This document shows positions 23,960 to 38,739 of a stretch of 64,000 bases of DNA, one piece after another. A model generated the notes under the pieces. That model saw only the letters and a program-made list of their open reading frames with translations, was not told the origin of the DNA and did not search any database. Origin of the DNA: Dicyema japonicum (taxonomy: Eukaryota; Animalia; Dicyemida); NCBI GenBank assembly GCA_011109175.1, contig RDEW01000006.1, forward strand, positions 1,324,133 through 1,388,132. The letters run 5' to 3'. Every line of letters starts with the position of its first letter. Position 1 is the first letter of the stretch. A program made the position numbers and the translations under genes.

Positions 23960-25583
23960 ATAGAAAATTTAAAAATCTATTATTTATTATTTAATTTTTA
24001 TCTTTAATTTATTAATTTTCAAATAATTGTCAGCATGCCTGCGAAGCTTAGTCGTCATTTTGAAACAACATATTTTTGATTCTTTAATAAATCAAAATAT
24101 GTCAGAAAGAAAAATTATGTCGATTATACAAGATTGGAAAAGGAACTGTTTCTCGAATTAAAAAAGAAATTGGAAAGGAAATATTTCGTTAAACAAAGAA
24201 GTATTTTCGAGGAAGTTTCATGCAAGAAGTTTGAATCCGACCTTTCTATTCAAATTGATCGACTAGTATTCGAAGTCTTCAACAATTTGAGAAAATGGGA
24301 TTTCAGTATCTGGATGTCTCCTCAAAAATATTGCAAAAAAGATTGCTGCCAAATTTGAGTTTAATGATTTCAAGGCATCAAATGGATGGCTTGATCGATT
24401 TAAAAAGCGACATGAATTACTATTCAAAGTAATTTCGGGTGAAAAAAACTCATCCGACAAAAAAAACTTAAAGAGTTTTTTAACAATTACGACAGTTTAT
24501 TTGAGGAATACGATAAAAAAGATATTTTTAACTGCGACGAAACTTCTCTTTTTATTAAAAAAAATTCATGTAGATCATTTGTCTCTTCAAATGATGATTG
24601 TTTTGGTAAAACGAAAAGTAAAGAACGAGTTTCAGTTCTTTTATGCTGCAGCCGTGAAGGCGAGAAATTAAAACCCCTTGTTATCGGGAAATTCAAATCC
24701 CCAAGATGCTTAAAAAACATAAATACAGAAGATTATGGGGTATATTGTGTTAATTTTAGGTTCTATATACAGCTTCAAAAAATGCATGGATGACGATGGA
24801 TATTTTTGATACATGGCTACAAAAAATAAACTTCGAAATGGTTCAAAAAAACAGGAAAATTTTGATTGTTATGGATAATGCACGTTGTCACAAATGTCTG
24901 GAATATTCAAACTTATCATTTCTTAAACTTCCTAAAACACAACAGCACTTCTTCAACCTTTAGATATGGGGATCATAAACTCATTCAAATCATGTTATAA
25001 GAATGTTCTTTATGAAATGATATGTGATGCCCTGTTGAAGATCAATATGAGACAAGTAGTCATTTGTGGGAGAAGCATGGACTCGTGTAACAAAAACTAC
25101 AATATTGAATTGTTGGAAAAAGATAAATGAGCAAAGAACATTTGTCCATGAAACAAATTCAAAAAAAGAATCCGAATTAATTGATGAACATATTTCAGAT
25201 TTAACAGAACTTGAAATAAATGGAATAGAAGACAATGAGGCTTTGTATAATGGAAATAATGAGATGGATGGGCTATATTTAAAAGATACAATAAAAATTA
25301 TGAATAATCTTGAATCTTCATTATTTAACATTTGTCCTGAAGGCTTAAAGAATACTATGAATTTAGGATTAAAATTTCAAAAATGCTAAGAAACAAATAT
25401 TCCATTGGGAACAAAATAACTGATTATTTTTCATAAATAAATTGATTCCTTTTTGCAATATGAAGCAAAACATTGTATTGTAAAAATAATTATTTAAAAA
25501 TACGAATAGAGAGGTTAAAAATGTAACAATTTAGTATACTCTCTATATTTGGGGCACTTTTCTATTGGGGCGGGGTCCTACTG
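23960..25583 (+). mobile_element. pogo copy 3, lacking the left TIR; transposase ~24035-25436, intron 24740-24759 (20 nt)
   Basis: Near-identical to 4241-5868; right TIR ends at 25583 followed by TA. Confidence 0.93.
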
Positions 25584-28500
25584 TACATTTATTTTCTCAC
25601 AACCTTTCGAAATTAGCATCATGACATTTAATTTTGCAATAGAATCTGCAAAATCATTTTTCAACATCGTTTTCGACATTTCTTTAGCAATTTTCAATTT
25701 AGTTTTGTAATCCATTACCACAACAAAAATGAAAATTGAAAATAAAACAAAAATCACAATTTTTTAAGATTAATATTAATTCAAAAAACACAATTTATTC
25801 TTTTATTTTAAACTGCCATCCATCCAAAGTGGACTCCGCCGACATTATCGACGTTGCGTTGTCTCTCTCTATTTCAACAGATATCAACTGGAGTAACCAC
25901 CCGTCTCACGTCGTCGTGGCTTTTTAGTGTAGCTAAGCTTCCAAGTTTCTTTTGGCTGTTGACTTCACAATCATTGGACTATGACAGATCGCTTACCATC
26001 ATGAAATAATGTACTCATGGTTTAATCGACCTTTCCGAACCTCATTGTTCTTTTTAGAAGCGAATTTGAAACTTGAATTATTAAGATTAATGAGATGGTA
26101 AAAATGTTTACTCTTAATCAGGATAAGTGTATGAGTGTTTTACATAGAGTTTGTTGTATTGATCAAATTACCTTGTCTTGTCTCTATTGGAAATTGACTT
26201 TATTAACAAATGAATATTTTTGTGCCTATTTCTCATTCGTGAGGATAATGAAATCTATGGTTTAGACATTAAGGAAATAATCAATTAATATAATCTGACC
26301 ACTAATTGGCGATATGAGTTTTTGTTTATTTCACTAATGCAAAGATATAAATGTTAGAACTATTTAAATACATTGTATGTTCTAATAAAGCCGGTTTCAA
26401 TTTCAAATACATAATAGAGCCAGGCAACAGTCAACTTATCCTCATCCCCCTTCTCCGTCTCTCAATTAGTTTTTTCTTACTTTTCTCCACATTCTTATGG
26501 GTTTTAATCTGTAAATAACTGCAAAATTTTACAAAAAAATAAGTTTAAACATGTTTTTATAGTGGGATCTTAATGTTATTCGTAAGATGTTGCTGATCTC
26601 AGTTGTGGAGTGAATGATAATAGTAAAAATAGACTTTTGATTCGAACGTAATTGTTATATATTCCGAGTTAATTCGCAAAATACATTAAACTATGGAAAC
26701 TTGTATTGTTTGATTTGTTTTGAGATTTGCTTTAATAGTCGAAGGATCAAATCACGGAAGCTTTGAAACCACTTCTCAGAGTAATAAAAGCCAAAATATC
26801 GACTAAACATGATATGACTAACAAATCCCCTGGAATATGTCAAACTGTAAGTTTATTAGTGATTTAGTCTCAAACAAAATCGATTTTGAATAAATATTGT
26901 ACTTTATCCAAAATAATAGTCAAATGGAAAAGAATGTGTTAATTGATTTAATTTACAGTGCAAATGGTTCGTATAGTGGAAGTCCGAGCAAGGATGTTGA
27001 TGAGGATTACTCCACATGCTTCCTGTTTAGGTCCGAGAATAAGCACGTAAAGTTGAAAATACTAAAGTTTAATTCTCTTGACTACAATCGGAGTACGTAC
27101 TCTTCTGTAAAACTATTAATAATCCAGACATTCATGGACAGAGTCAGAGAAGCAATCAGATACATTCCTTCAGTCAGAAGTCGACAAAAAACGAACTTGT
27201 ATAATATTCACTCATTTCAGTTATTTAGTATCGTTAGAGATAACAGTAGGGAATTTAAAAACTTTTCTTTTGAAATCCAACGAAATATCATCGACAAAAG
27301 TACTTTCATGGAGTAACCACATTTGTTTACTTGAAGGTACAAGAAAAATACAAAATTATTCGCAAATAAGGGGATGTTTACTATCTCTCATTTTTTGTAA
27401 TGGGAAGAGGTTTTACTTTTAAATATTGCAAGTCAAGAAAGTCTACAAAGAGAATAATGAGTTATTGGAGACAGGGTCAATGCTCGGAGTATTTATTCTT
27501 AATTAGTGAGTAGTTTGAAGAGATTATGTGCAACAAACAGAGGGAGTATACTGTGGTTACAAAGTCTGATTGCATAGTTCTTCTACTCTACATTAATGTT
27601 AGATTATTAATCATTTTAGGATTTCAAAAATATTTTTAAGACTAACAGCTTATCAGAGATCACATACTCGTATTGGTCTTTATGTAGTCTAGCGAGGAAG
27701 TATATGATTCTGTGATCAGAAAATTACATCAAAAATATTCCCAAAAGTGGTATTTATTAGATTATCGGTAATATTCTTGTTTATTTTAAAGAAAAAACGA
27801 AATTATCTCAGAAAACATTAAACATTCGAAATGGATTTACGTCATTCTATATGTGACTGTAGATGTAATTTTAGGGCAATGCTAATCTTGTCTTTAAAGT
27901 AAGTGAATCCACTGAGTTTAAGCAAACAGATATGAAGGACTTTAACAAATGTCGACATAACAATTGCTTTGACTTTCTGATTGATTCTACATTCTGTAAT
28001 TTCGTGTTAAATAAAGACAGATCGCCCCGAGAGATTATATAAAAGATCGAGAACTGCATATGGTGGTAGTAAACGTCCGGTTACTGCATTTTCGTATAAT
28101 AGAGAGAGGAGTGTAGTTAATAATAATTTATATTTTACTCTAAGAAGACTGAAACCATATAATGTATTTGTAATTCTCTTTGTGTCATAATAGGGAATTT
28201 GTGATAAAGAATCTAATATGAATATATTAATGATAAGTGACCAGTGTAAAGTACTCCATATCAGAAAGGAGGTATTGGAGTCTGAAACTGATGTTTTATT
28301 TACGAACTTTTTGAAATCTAATGTATTTTTCTTTTGATATTTTAGTGGGTTCCGTTACCGTGGTTTAATGCAATATTATTTTCTTCCCTTTAATAAACAT
28401 TTTTGATTAATTAATTATAAATTTAATTTATCATAAAATTTAAATTTAGTCCACAACTCTTTATAGATTATTAGGACTGGAAGGTTTTCCAGAATGCCCG

Positions 28501-31500
28501 ATATAAATGAATGTGATGTTTGGAATAGATGCGTCTCACTTTGACCTTGTAAGCTGAATATTCCTTAATTATACTTTAACTCTTAACCTTTCTCAGTTAT
28601 GTTTGGAAATATTAATGAACAAATACTTTTCAAGACCTATTGAGGACAACCGGCTATTCAAGTACATTTTACAATGAGGGGGCTGCCAGAGAAATAGCTT
28701 CGGGTTGGGTGATAAAATACTCGATTCTTCTTAATTATTTGGATGTCGGGAGGCTGGTTTTTTGCCGACACATAATACTTTCCGAACCAAAAAGCTCCTG
28801 TAGCGCGCTTTTTTCTCCTATTTAACGTCTTTAAGAAATGTGCCTTCATGATCAATCGTAAGTACCAGGTAGCGTAGTGAGCGCACTCTCAGCACTCTAA
28901 GCGAGTGTAACTTACCATGGTGCTGTTTATTCGACTAATTTTAGGAGTTCGACTTTTCTGCGGAGTGCTGATTCCCCACCGGTTACACCAGTCTTGGGCA
29001 TACGTAATGTATTCTCTGAGTCTCCTTAGGTTAGGTTTGAGTTGCCAGACATGTCTATTAATAGAATATCATTCACGTAGATAAATAGTTTTGAGTTCTG
29101 GTCCTGTGGGATTGGAAAATCTGACATAAGTATATTAAAAAAGAAAGGACTCAAGACAGAGCCCTGTTGTATGTATCTTGCAAATGATATCTTTTCAGAT
29201 ATAAATCCTTCAACTCTCCCTTTGACTTTTTTCCCATCAGGAAATCCTTCAACGTAAAAATATATATTATTGAATAATCGCTGAGACCAGTTTTGATAGG
29301 AGGGCTACATACCATACACCTGGGGTCGACTGGCTTTTTGTCTTCGCGGGCCAAAATTTTATTTTTATGAGATGCGGCCAAAGGAGAAAAATTTTTAAAT
29401 TTTCAAAGAAATGAATTTATTTTTTAATAAAATATTAACGTCTACGTTAATCTCACTAATATATCGTTAATATGTTAATCAGTCATTCTCGTTCTTAGAC
29501 AATTTTCACATTTTCAATTTTAAGAATAACTGATTTCGCAAATATGAAACATCATAATTCTTTTCCTCAAGAAAAATTATGACATCATCCCGATATAAAA
29601 TAGTCTCTTGAAAACCCTCTGTTAAGCCATCTGACATTACAAAATATAAGAGATCTCCATATTCTGCTTTAGTATTACAATTTGTCTATCTGCCGATGAT
29701 TTAAGCCGTGGGATCAAATACAATTAGCTCTCTTGGTCTACTCTAGGAGGGATAAGATCTTCACCCTCTTCGGAAAAGAAGAACCACCCCTTGCATGGCT
29801 AACGTGTAACTTTTATGTACATAGAACTGAGTGCAAAGCTCTGTTTCTCTTCTCCTTATGTCGTCCATGTAATCTCCTGCATGTCCATAGTCAACCCCCA
29901 TTGTTTATTCCCAGTGTGTATTCTTGTTTAAGGTGCTTTTCACATTATTTATTCGGAGTCCGCATGATTTTTCAACATAGAATTTTAACCCTCTCATGAT
30001 GCACCATTGCTTAATCTAGTCCACATACTCCCGGATTCTTCCTTCAGATATAGAAGATTTTAGAGATGTGTCCATCACAAACGTTTTTTCAATGTTTGGT
30101 CTTGTGAAAAAACTTGAAAAACTTTATTTCAAAACGGGATTAGGAGTTAGGTGTAGGGGAATTTAACGAGCCCGCCTTTGCGGCTTTGACACTTTTGACG
30201 TCCCCCGTCTCCACTATTAATTCGCGTTCTAGCGTAGGACTCCATAAATCCTGTTTTCCACAATCTTCTTCACTGGGGCAAGAATCCCGTCCTCTTCAGT
30301 ACTCAAGACGTAGTCTTCTGCACGGGGCTAACTTTATCGCTGATCTTCTAGATTTTTCCAGTTGTGACAATATTCTTTCCCTTTTCATGGATAGGTACTA
30401 CGCTTCACATCCATATGAGTTTCGGTAGGATTATTTTCATGAAAATGAAAATGCAGATCTCCGTACTGACTGTCATCTTGCGTGTGCAGAAGAACGCTTG
30501 CAGCGCCTTTTTCCTCCTCAGCTTGATGTCCTCCATATTTGAGCCTTCCTGATCGACTACTACACCCAGGTAGCAAAGCGAGCGAACTCTTGCAAATCCT
30601 AGCCTATATGACTGTACATGATGGCTTCGTAAACAGCTGATTCTCATAAAGTTTGACTTCTCTGTTGAGAGTTTCATCCTTCTCCTGACACAACAGCCTT
30701 GAACTTGGTCAATAAATATCTTGTGTCTTCTCTCGGAGAGCGTCGACCTCCCAGACATATCCATGATTAGGATGTCGTCCGCGTATATTGACAGATTCGA
30801 GTTTGGGTCCGACGGAGTTGGGAAGTCTGATAAGATGTTAAACAGTAGGGAGCTTAGGACAGAGTCCTGCGGAACACCCTTCTTTAGTAAAACGTCTCCG
30901 GATACATATCTTCCAATGCGCAATTGAGAAGTCCGTTTCGTTCGTTTAACCATATGAATAGTTATTTTGGAATATCTGCAGCCACAAGCCTTGACAGGAA
31001 GGCATCATGCCACACGCTTTCAAAGGCCTTGGATAGGTCCAGACGTACCATGTTTATTTATCTCTTGAATCCGTACAAGGAGGAAATCGCTCTCTTCTAT
31101 TTGCCGATTCAACCTCTTGAAGACAATTCGCTCAGCAATCTTGGAGATCGACTATATGAGGCTGATCGGCTTATAGTTGAGAGGGTCCTTCCCCGAGAAT
31201 TATCCTGACTACAGTTGTTTTCCAGTGTCTTGGGACATATCCGTGGTCAATGCTTGCGTTGAACAAGTTCTTCAGGACGAGCAACAAGGCCTCCGTGTCT
31301 TTTTTAAACATCCTCATGCTAACGTGATCATGGCCCGGAGCATTTGCTTTGTATGTTCTGATTGCATCCACGACGTCCTCTACGGTGATTCTCATCCTTG
31401 AGGTCGTTCAGATAGTAATTACAATGTTCTTGTGAAGTCTCCAACTCCTCACATGGGATCAACACTATTGGGTTTAGTCCTACTGTCTTTTAAAGATTTC

Positions 31501-33529
31501 CTGGGTTTCTGCAGACTGCGAGCTGAGAGTTGTTCAAGATGATCTTCTTTCACTTTTCTTCTGACCAGTTATTCTTTTATAGGTTCTCTAGAAGGAGAAA
31601 CCTTTGGCGTCCAGTTTGCTTTCCTCGACCCTACATCTTCTCTCCAGAGCCAATCTTGTTCTCTTTCGGTGGCTCGTTTGGTAATCTTTAGTCAATCGGT
31701 CAGAGCCATTCGGTCTATTCGGTTAGCACATCTTCTTAGCTTTGATCGACCCCAAGGTAGTGGGTGAAATGTCGATACTTTTCTTTCTGCTTGCATTCGG
31801 GAATTCCTTCCTGGCATATAATTACAAGTATCTCTCTATGACGATTGCAAGATTTCGGTACATATTATCGGTTACTTAGGTTCCTCCGTCCAACTTTGAA
31901 GGTTTCTTGTGAGGTAATTTCGGTAGTATTCCCAGTCGATTCGTGACATGTCATATCTCATGAATACTGTTTCTGTGACATATGGAGTTAGGGGTAGAAC
32001 TAATTTTTGAAAAATATGATCACTGCCGATGTTCCACATGATCCTCGACCTCTCCACGTAAGTGCAGAGTGATGGTGATATTAGGAACACACAAAGCATG
32101 TCTCCTCAGTGGTAAGAAAAATGATTTGGCTCCTCCAACATCATGATTTTGAATCCGGATTTCTCACCCAGGATTTCTAGTCTTCGTCCGTTCCCGTTAG
32201 TTCTGTAGCATTTGTAGTTGACGTTCTTGGCGTTTATGTCGCCCACCAGAATTAACATATCGTTACTTTCGAAAAGTTTTATGATCTGTGTAGAACAATT
32301 CTGATTTCCTTCGAATACATGCTTCCAAAGTGTATCCACGAGGCACAGCAGTGTATTTTAATAGAGACGAATTCGCATTTTGGCCGTGATTATTTTCTGG
32401 ATCCGTATTTGTAGGTCATCACTGTAGAACAATGTGGTTCCAGTGCTTCCTTCCACAGTATTTCTATAGAGTCGAATCCCTTCAGCGAGTTTTGGTCTTT
32501 TAAATTATTAGACATGAAAAACCTATAGTTGGCCCAATCCAAATAAGAAATGTTGAACCTCAAGAAAACATTTATCATAATATCAGGTCTCATACTAATA
32601 ACTAGGGCAACCAATTGCAATAAATTACAATTATTCCAAAGACCAAGAGTAACCAAACTAACTAACTCCTTAATCCTGACTTTTTCCAGCATTCCAGAAC
32701 TTGTCTCCAAGCAACGACATTGTCTCCGGGGAAGAATAGTTGGATCCTCTTGATGCCGGCCAGGTATTAGACGTCTCCTCAGTAAAAAGGATCCAATGAC
32801 GCCATCGAAAAGAAGGAAAATAATTTTTGACACACTATCCTTATGGCGCCACGCCGCCATAGCAATAAATTACAATTAAATATAATGTAATAATGAGCCA
32901 GCTCCTTTCTCTCTTATCGTTTTTCTTCTTAGCGATGAGCGAGCCGATCCTGTTTAGCAGGGTCATTGACCTGCTACTGAAGATTCCTCTCGTTTCAACT
33001 CCCACTGGTTCGAAGATGAATTGTCCATCAAGACATGCGTATTTTTTTTATTTTTAGGGTCTCAGCCTTCTCCAAAGCAGAATAATAATTAATTTTAGTT
33101 ATATTTTTTCCAATTATTATAAAAGAATTTTTAAACAACTCTGTGTGTGGTGTTTAGCGAAAATCTCAGCTGGAAAATAAAGAACGAAAAGAAGACGAAG
33201 TACGAGGAACAAAGCCAGTAAGAACAACTCACGCATGTCTCCTATGTGGACAATCGTGGAGGATCGGATCAATGGTTTTATGAGGAGATCAAAGATCCAG
33301 GACACGTATATAAAGCTGGGAGAAACGTTCTGAAAAAAAAATTTAAAAAATTGAGGAAGGGTCCAGGTGTGGACTCCAAGCTTTAGGTTAGGACTCAGAT
33401 ATAACACTCTCCAAAAAACTCCTTAACTCTTTTGTTAATAAATCGTTAATTCTTCTAATTCTTTTGGACAATCGAATATCAGCAAATTTGAATTAACTGC
33501 AAGCCATGTGAATAATTTGTCAACTTGGG

Positions 33530-34440
33530 CTGTATCAAATGACTAAAGCTTGCGCCGAGACCCTGTCGAATTGGCTGTGGCCCTCTTGTATTTGTAAGGA
33601 GGTCGCCAGGCGGGAAAAAATAGCTCAGTCAAACTTTACACTGCCACATACTGACCACACTCCCTTGAAGATCTCGAACCTCCGGAAAGCCAGGAAGATC
33701 CCAGTAAAAATCCTTAATGGAGTACGAATTGCCGCAGCATTGTGTCTTTCAAATGCCATTGATCACGCACCGTCCTCTGACAGTTGCGAATCCTGGCTAA
33801 AACTTATATGCTTTCCACCTGTCGCACTCGGAATACCTACAACGGAATCTGATGACAATAATATAAATAAACAAACTCTCGGCTCAACTTATCCGTGAAA
33901 CTGAAACGAAGCATAATGAATTTTAGCAGTCATAACATACACGCAGTACTTGAACAGCCACTCAATTCAATGAGGTCGAAACCAGAGGAGCACACACTAA
34001 AGATGTCCCCAACAAACTGAAGGAGAGAGTAAACCGGAAACTTATGGAGGGCGGGTTATCACGTCCGATGGACACAGTATTGTCTTGTACTCCCGAGGTT
34101 CTGAATACCTTAATACTGAAGCACCCAGAGGCACTGACAGACTATGAAAAGTTTTTGAGTCCTGAAGGAACTCCGGAAATAATCATATTGAATCCGAAGT
34201 GCGCCGCGGAGGCTTGGAAGGGTTACGTCCTGGTCATATTAAGGACCTTACGTCTACTTACACCTCGGAAGCTTATCGATTACAAACTTAATCAGAAAAA
34301 TAGTTAACGGCGACATCCCAGAATATGCTCTTCTCAACAAAGCTAAAAAAACCAAATGGGGAATCCGTCCCATAGCGGTCGGGAACTATTTCAGAAGACT
34401 TGTAGCGAAGGTAGCATCGACCCTGGTCTATAAAACCTTA
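33530..34440 (+). mobile_element. CRE-clade retrotransposon, 5' part of the RT ORF; truncated copies at ~13790-14083 and ~23670-23959
   Basis: ..ESWLKLICFPP.. followed by GIRPIAVGNYFRRLVAKV (~34340-34410), typical of RLE-type RT N-terminal regions. Confidence 0.75.
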
Positions 34441-35639
34441 ATCAATCATGAAATTAACAACTTAATGTCCTACTACGTCAAGGTCAGTCAAGGACTTTAT
34501 ACGTTCTGTCGACAATCTCATCCCTTTGTCTGAAGTAATCTCTCAGGAAATAATTAGAAATGCTATTTGATTCTTAATGCGTGTTGTTCTGATGTGTTTC
34601 CTCAATTTTCTTGAACGCCTATTACCGTCATTGTCTATTATTATTAAAAAGCACTTTCACAGAACCAAAGAACGTTACATTAACCAAGGTCCCGTTTGTG
34701 TCATACGTTTCGATTTTGCTTCACTAGGCATCGCCCTCTGCTTTGCGTATCTGTCCGTAGTTCATTTTCTATTAACAAGGAAAATATATATAAATAGAAT
34801 ACATTTCAGAAGCTTGATAAACTAAAACGTTTTTTAGCTTTCTACTACCCTATATCCGTGATACGCTCCTCATACTTGTCCCTAATAAGATCTTTTCTGA
34901 CCTGCCATCGCGTAGGTCCCAACATTTCTTCAAAATTGTTAGAAAGTTTATTACTAAAGAATTAAACACACTCGTCATCTGACTTTTATGAAGATCGAGG
35001 GAACTGTTTATATAAAATATTAAGGACAGGTTTTTCTTCAATGGAGTCTGACTTTTAAATTATTGTCTAAATACGGATTTATAAATATTTATTTAATCAA
35101 TATTTCATTGATTATTGATATAATATATTAAATTGCGTATTGTAACTGATTTTGGTAATGTACGGTTCATCCAAGTTTGATGATTTTAACAACGATTACT
35201 TTGAGGATAATAATGATAGGATTTCACTTACAAATTATTTAAGATCACGTAGACGGGCACTCGGTAATATTTTTGATCAAGTTAACACCAGTCATCTTCT
35301 TCCCACTAACAATCAGAACTCTAACAATATTTTTAATGATAACTTAGTTTAATAAAGTTGAGTTACTAATATATTTAAGGAGTTTTGCAAAATAATTAGT
35401 TTTCATATTGTTAATCCATCTTTTCTTAATATTATTTTTACTTTAATGGAGAATCATCCTACTTGTTCAGATTTCACATAAATTCTTTCAATTTGGTCGA
35501 ACGGAATTTATACATTCATTTCACATTTTCTCTGTTAAACCTTCTGGTTTCCCGATTCCATCTCCATAAGTAGTAAGAAGACAAGGGCTTTCATGAGACT
35601 GATGTTTAGTATAATACAGGTTGCCACCTCAACTTTCTG

Positions 35640-37250
35640 ACCAAGTAATTAATAGTTTTAACAAAAACATAGCCTGTCTCTCAATATTTTATATAATGTG
35701 ATTAATAGAAATGTCTCTTTATAGAATACTCCCAATTTCAAATAATTGACATTATTAACGAATTATAAGCGATTCTATACGTGTCGAAACTCCACGATTC
35801 TCATATTATCTTTCTATCTGTCAGTCTCCAGGACTACTGAGGTCTTCACTGTCCGTTAGTGTTCACTGGTCTCTTTCCAGGACTTTGGAAGATTTTTGCG
35901 TGTCCCAAATTGCTTTCATTAAGGAGTCGAGCGTTTTTCCATCGATTTTCAAGATTTCCTATGTCCCAGGGATGTACGTAAGGATCGGTTTTACGAAAAC
36001 CTATACAACCTGAATAATGGGAAGACTGTCTTTGGATCCATCCTTTCATAAGCTTTTCATAGTCACCGTAGATAACAATTTTCATCTCACAATGTCTTCG
36101 GAGTCCCCGGGAATGGTGTCAAGCTTTATGGTCTTTTTCCAGTTTTCGGTACTGTGTGGTTCTATCCGTTTGATCTTGACGATATAAGTTTTTGTTTTAT
36201 AGATCAATATTAGAGTGACCGAGTCTAAGGAAATTTTCCACTGCTTTATTGAGTTTTTCCCGACAGTCAGTATCGAACATTCTGGTTATGTTAATTCCAA
36301 GAATAGTCTTTAAACTTTGAAATCTTTGCTGAATAGCACAATGCCACCTATAGCACCATACTAAATCAACTTTTGATCTCTCAGTCCTGAAACCACTTTG
36401 GCTTTGGGCCAAGTATCCGTTTACTGGCTTTTAAAACCTAAACCAAAAGACTGATTGACATCCCATAAATATTTCCATTCAATGTTTGATTACTTATTTT
36501 CAATTCTCTTAGATAAAAATTTGATTTATCAGAAAACCAGTGTTAATAGCATTCTCTACGGTTTGTCTTGAAATTTTAATTTCCATAAAGGATAAAGCTT
36601 CTAATTTAAGAGGATTTCAGATATGATCTTAGTTTCGGTTATTGAGATACTATGGAGACTTGGCTATTTAAAGGAAATGTAATGTCCGAGATGCTCCCGG
36701 ATTTGTCTAAACCTTTGGGGTTAATTGTGCCAATGAGGATTAGGCAAGTTTTTGTATATTCTTTCGATTTGAAACTGCTAATATTCTGCATAATTTTCTA
36801 AAACGAAAACTCTCATGTCAGGGATATCGTTCAGTAAGATGTAGGGGATTCCTTCAGTTTTCCAGGCTTTGGAATAGGTATAATATTAAGTTATTCAATT
36901 TTCTAAGAGTTCATGTCTGAGGAGAGATTAAAATAGAGGCAATCGATCTGATCGAAATGTCTCCAAAATACTTTGAAAGAATTCCATGAATAAGACCTTT
37001 TAATAGATTTTATTATTTGTGTACCTAATTCTGGGTAAAAAGATCGACGGTTGTTTTGGATACAAAATTACATAAACGACAGGAATATGCTTTTGAGAAG
37101 TCTTAGTGGCTTACAGAGATGTAATAGTTTATCTTATATTAGATTGATTTTATATGTTTAATAGTCTTCCAAAATATGCTCATGAATTTCATTTGTCCAA
37201 TAGATAATAATGATAGTATATTCTTTAAAATTGTTTAAAATATAAAATTT
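35640..37250 (-). mobile_element. Highly degenerate APE-type LINE lying between the two CRE segments
   Basis: GTINPKGL..IVSITETK (EN start, ~36620-36740) and QSGFRTERSKVD...INITRMFDT (RT, 36197-36412). Confidence 0.6.
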
Positions 37251-37270
37251 AGTCTTTAATTTTCCGGCAT

Positions 37271-38720
37271 TTGGAAGTGATAATTCCAGCACTGTTGGAA
37301 GCTAGACTGGAATTAAATTACACTAAATGCGAAATCTACAATTCGGACTTTCAGAAGAAAAGTATTCAAAAGCTTTGTTATGTTTCCACACCCGATGAAG
37401 AACTTATATTCCTCGGATCCCCAATCACCATAAATGCAATGGGTTACTCGGAGAGAGAAAAAAACACTGTTACTCGGAGAGACTCTAAACCGCTTGTGTC
37501 TACTTGACATGCATACAACATTATTCCTCCTGAAAAACAGCATCAACGTACAGAGGCTTGCACATGTCCTGAGGACTGCTCCTTATTTCACCCTGTGTGA
37601 CCAACTCGCACAGATTAACGAGATCTTCCGTACAACAGCGGAACGTATCTTCAACGTCCGGTTCGAGGATTACTCATGGAAACAAGTCACGCTTCCAGTG
37701 AGACTCGGAGGACTTGGATTTCGGAACTTTGTGGACCTTTCTCTCCCTTCATACCTAACATCGCTATTGGCTTGTAACTCCCATGTCAATAAGATTCTAC
37801 ACTCTCTACCTGAATTCTTTATTGACAAGGACGCCGGCCATCTCGTGAGGCATGGAGCCACACTTATCGACTTTCCCTGCCTTTCTCATTTTCTCAGCGG
37901 GGCTTGGACTATGCTATATGCTGGAATTCTTACAAAGATTTGCTAGTATCATCTAGTCAACATCGCCGTGCCTGTTTGTTGTCGGGGGAGTCTTCCGAGA
38001 GTGGTGCCTGGCTCAACACCATTCCCAATGGAGTTCTGGGTACCTTCCTGGATGATGAATGCGTCCGTATTGGGATCTCATTGCGACTGGGATCAAAAGT
38101 CTGTGTTTCATATTTGTGCCGATGCGGAGACCAGATCGAGTGCTTTGGCCTACACCCATTCTCTTGCAGGAAGAGTACAGGCAGATTTCCCAGACAAATG
38201 ACATTGAACGAAGTCATTAGGCGACCATTGGACGCCGCCGGACACCCCTCCATGCTCGAACCGGTCGGTCTTTGCAAGCGGGATGGGAAACGACCAGATG
38301 GGATGACAATCTTCCATTTTGAAGACGGGAAACTTCTTGTCTGGGACGTTACCTCACCGACACGTTTTCCTCTTGCAACCTACTCCAGAGTGCCTCTGGA
38401 GCTTGTTTTGCTGCTGAGAAGGCCGAGAAGATGAAACGGGAAAAGTACGCGGTCCTACGCAAGGATTTTTTTGTTTGTCACTGGCTATTGAGACGTTTGG
38501 TTCCCTTGCGCCTGCGACGCTGGAATTCTTGAGTCGTCTAGGGAATCGGATCGCTACACGAACAGGAGACCCTCGTGAGCGCTGCTGGTTATTTAAGCGA
38601 ATCTCGCTCGCTATCCAGAGAGGGAATAGCCACGCAGTCAAGGCAACCGCTATATAACCGTTTACTCTTTTCTTTCTTTAAATGATTATATATTTACATT
38701 TACGTCTTTAATTAAACATA
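37271..38720 (+). mobile_element. CRE-clade retrotransposon, 3' part (RT thumb, Zn knuckle, restriction-like endonuclease)
   Basis: LELNYTKCE, QVTLPVRLGGLG, CRCG...HPFSC, RPDGMT..LVWDVT, LAIETFG, RISLAIQRGN; AT-rich 3' tail with AATAAA. Confidence 0.88.
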
Positions 38721-38739
38721 TTATATAAATAAAGTGTTA

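Larger units (their letters stand above)
4241..33814. repeat. Tandem segmental triplication: units ~4241-14083, 14084-23959, 23960-33814
   Basis: The same ORFs recur at 7181/17054/26897 and 10689/20566/30405. Both junctions join CRE sequence (...ATATGCTTT) to pogo-internal sequence (ATAGAAAATT...). Confidence 0.97.

Noticed and set aside
4241-33814. Triplication as a pure assembly artefact
   Set aside because: Units differ by multi-base indels and shared substitutions in a structured pattern, and the junction has microhomology. Not fully excluded without read depth.
34440-35050. Possible piggyBac transposase remnant on the minus strand (K.KNVL-like and D..VD-like patches)
   Set aside because: Similarity is too weak and broken by many stops; no TTAA/TIR found.
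35050-35640. Asn-rich 66-aa ORF at 35152-35352
   Set aside because: Low-complexity AT-rich sequence, non-ATG start, no splice pattern or homology recognised.
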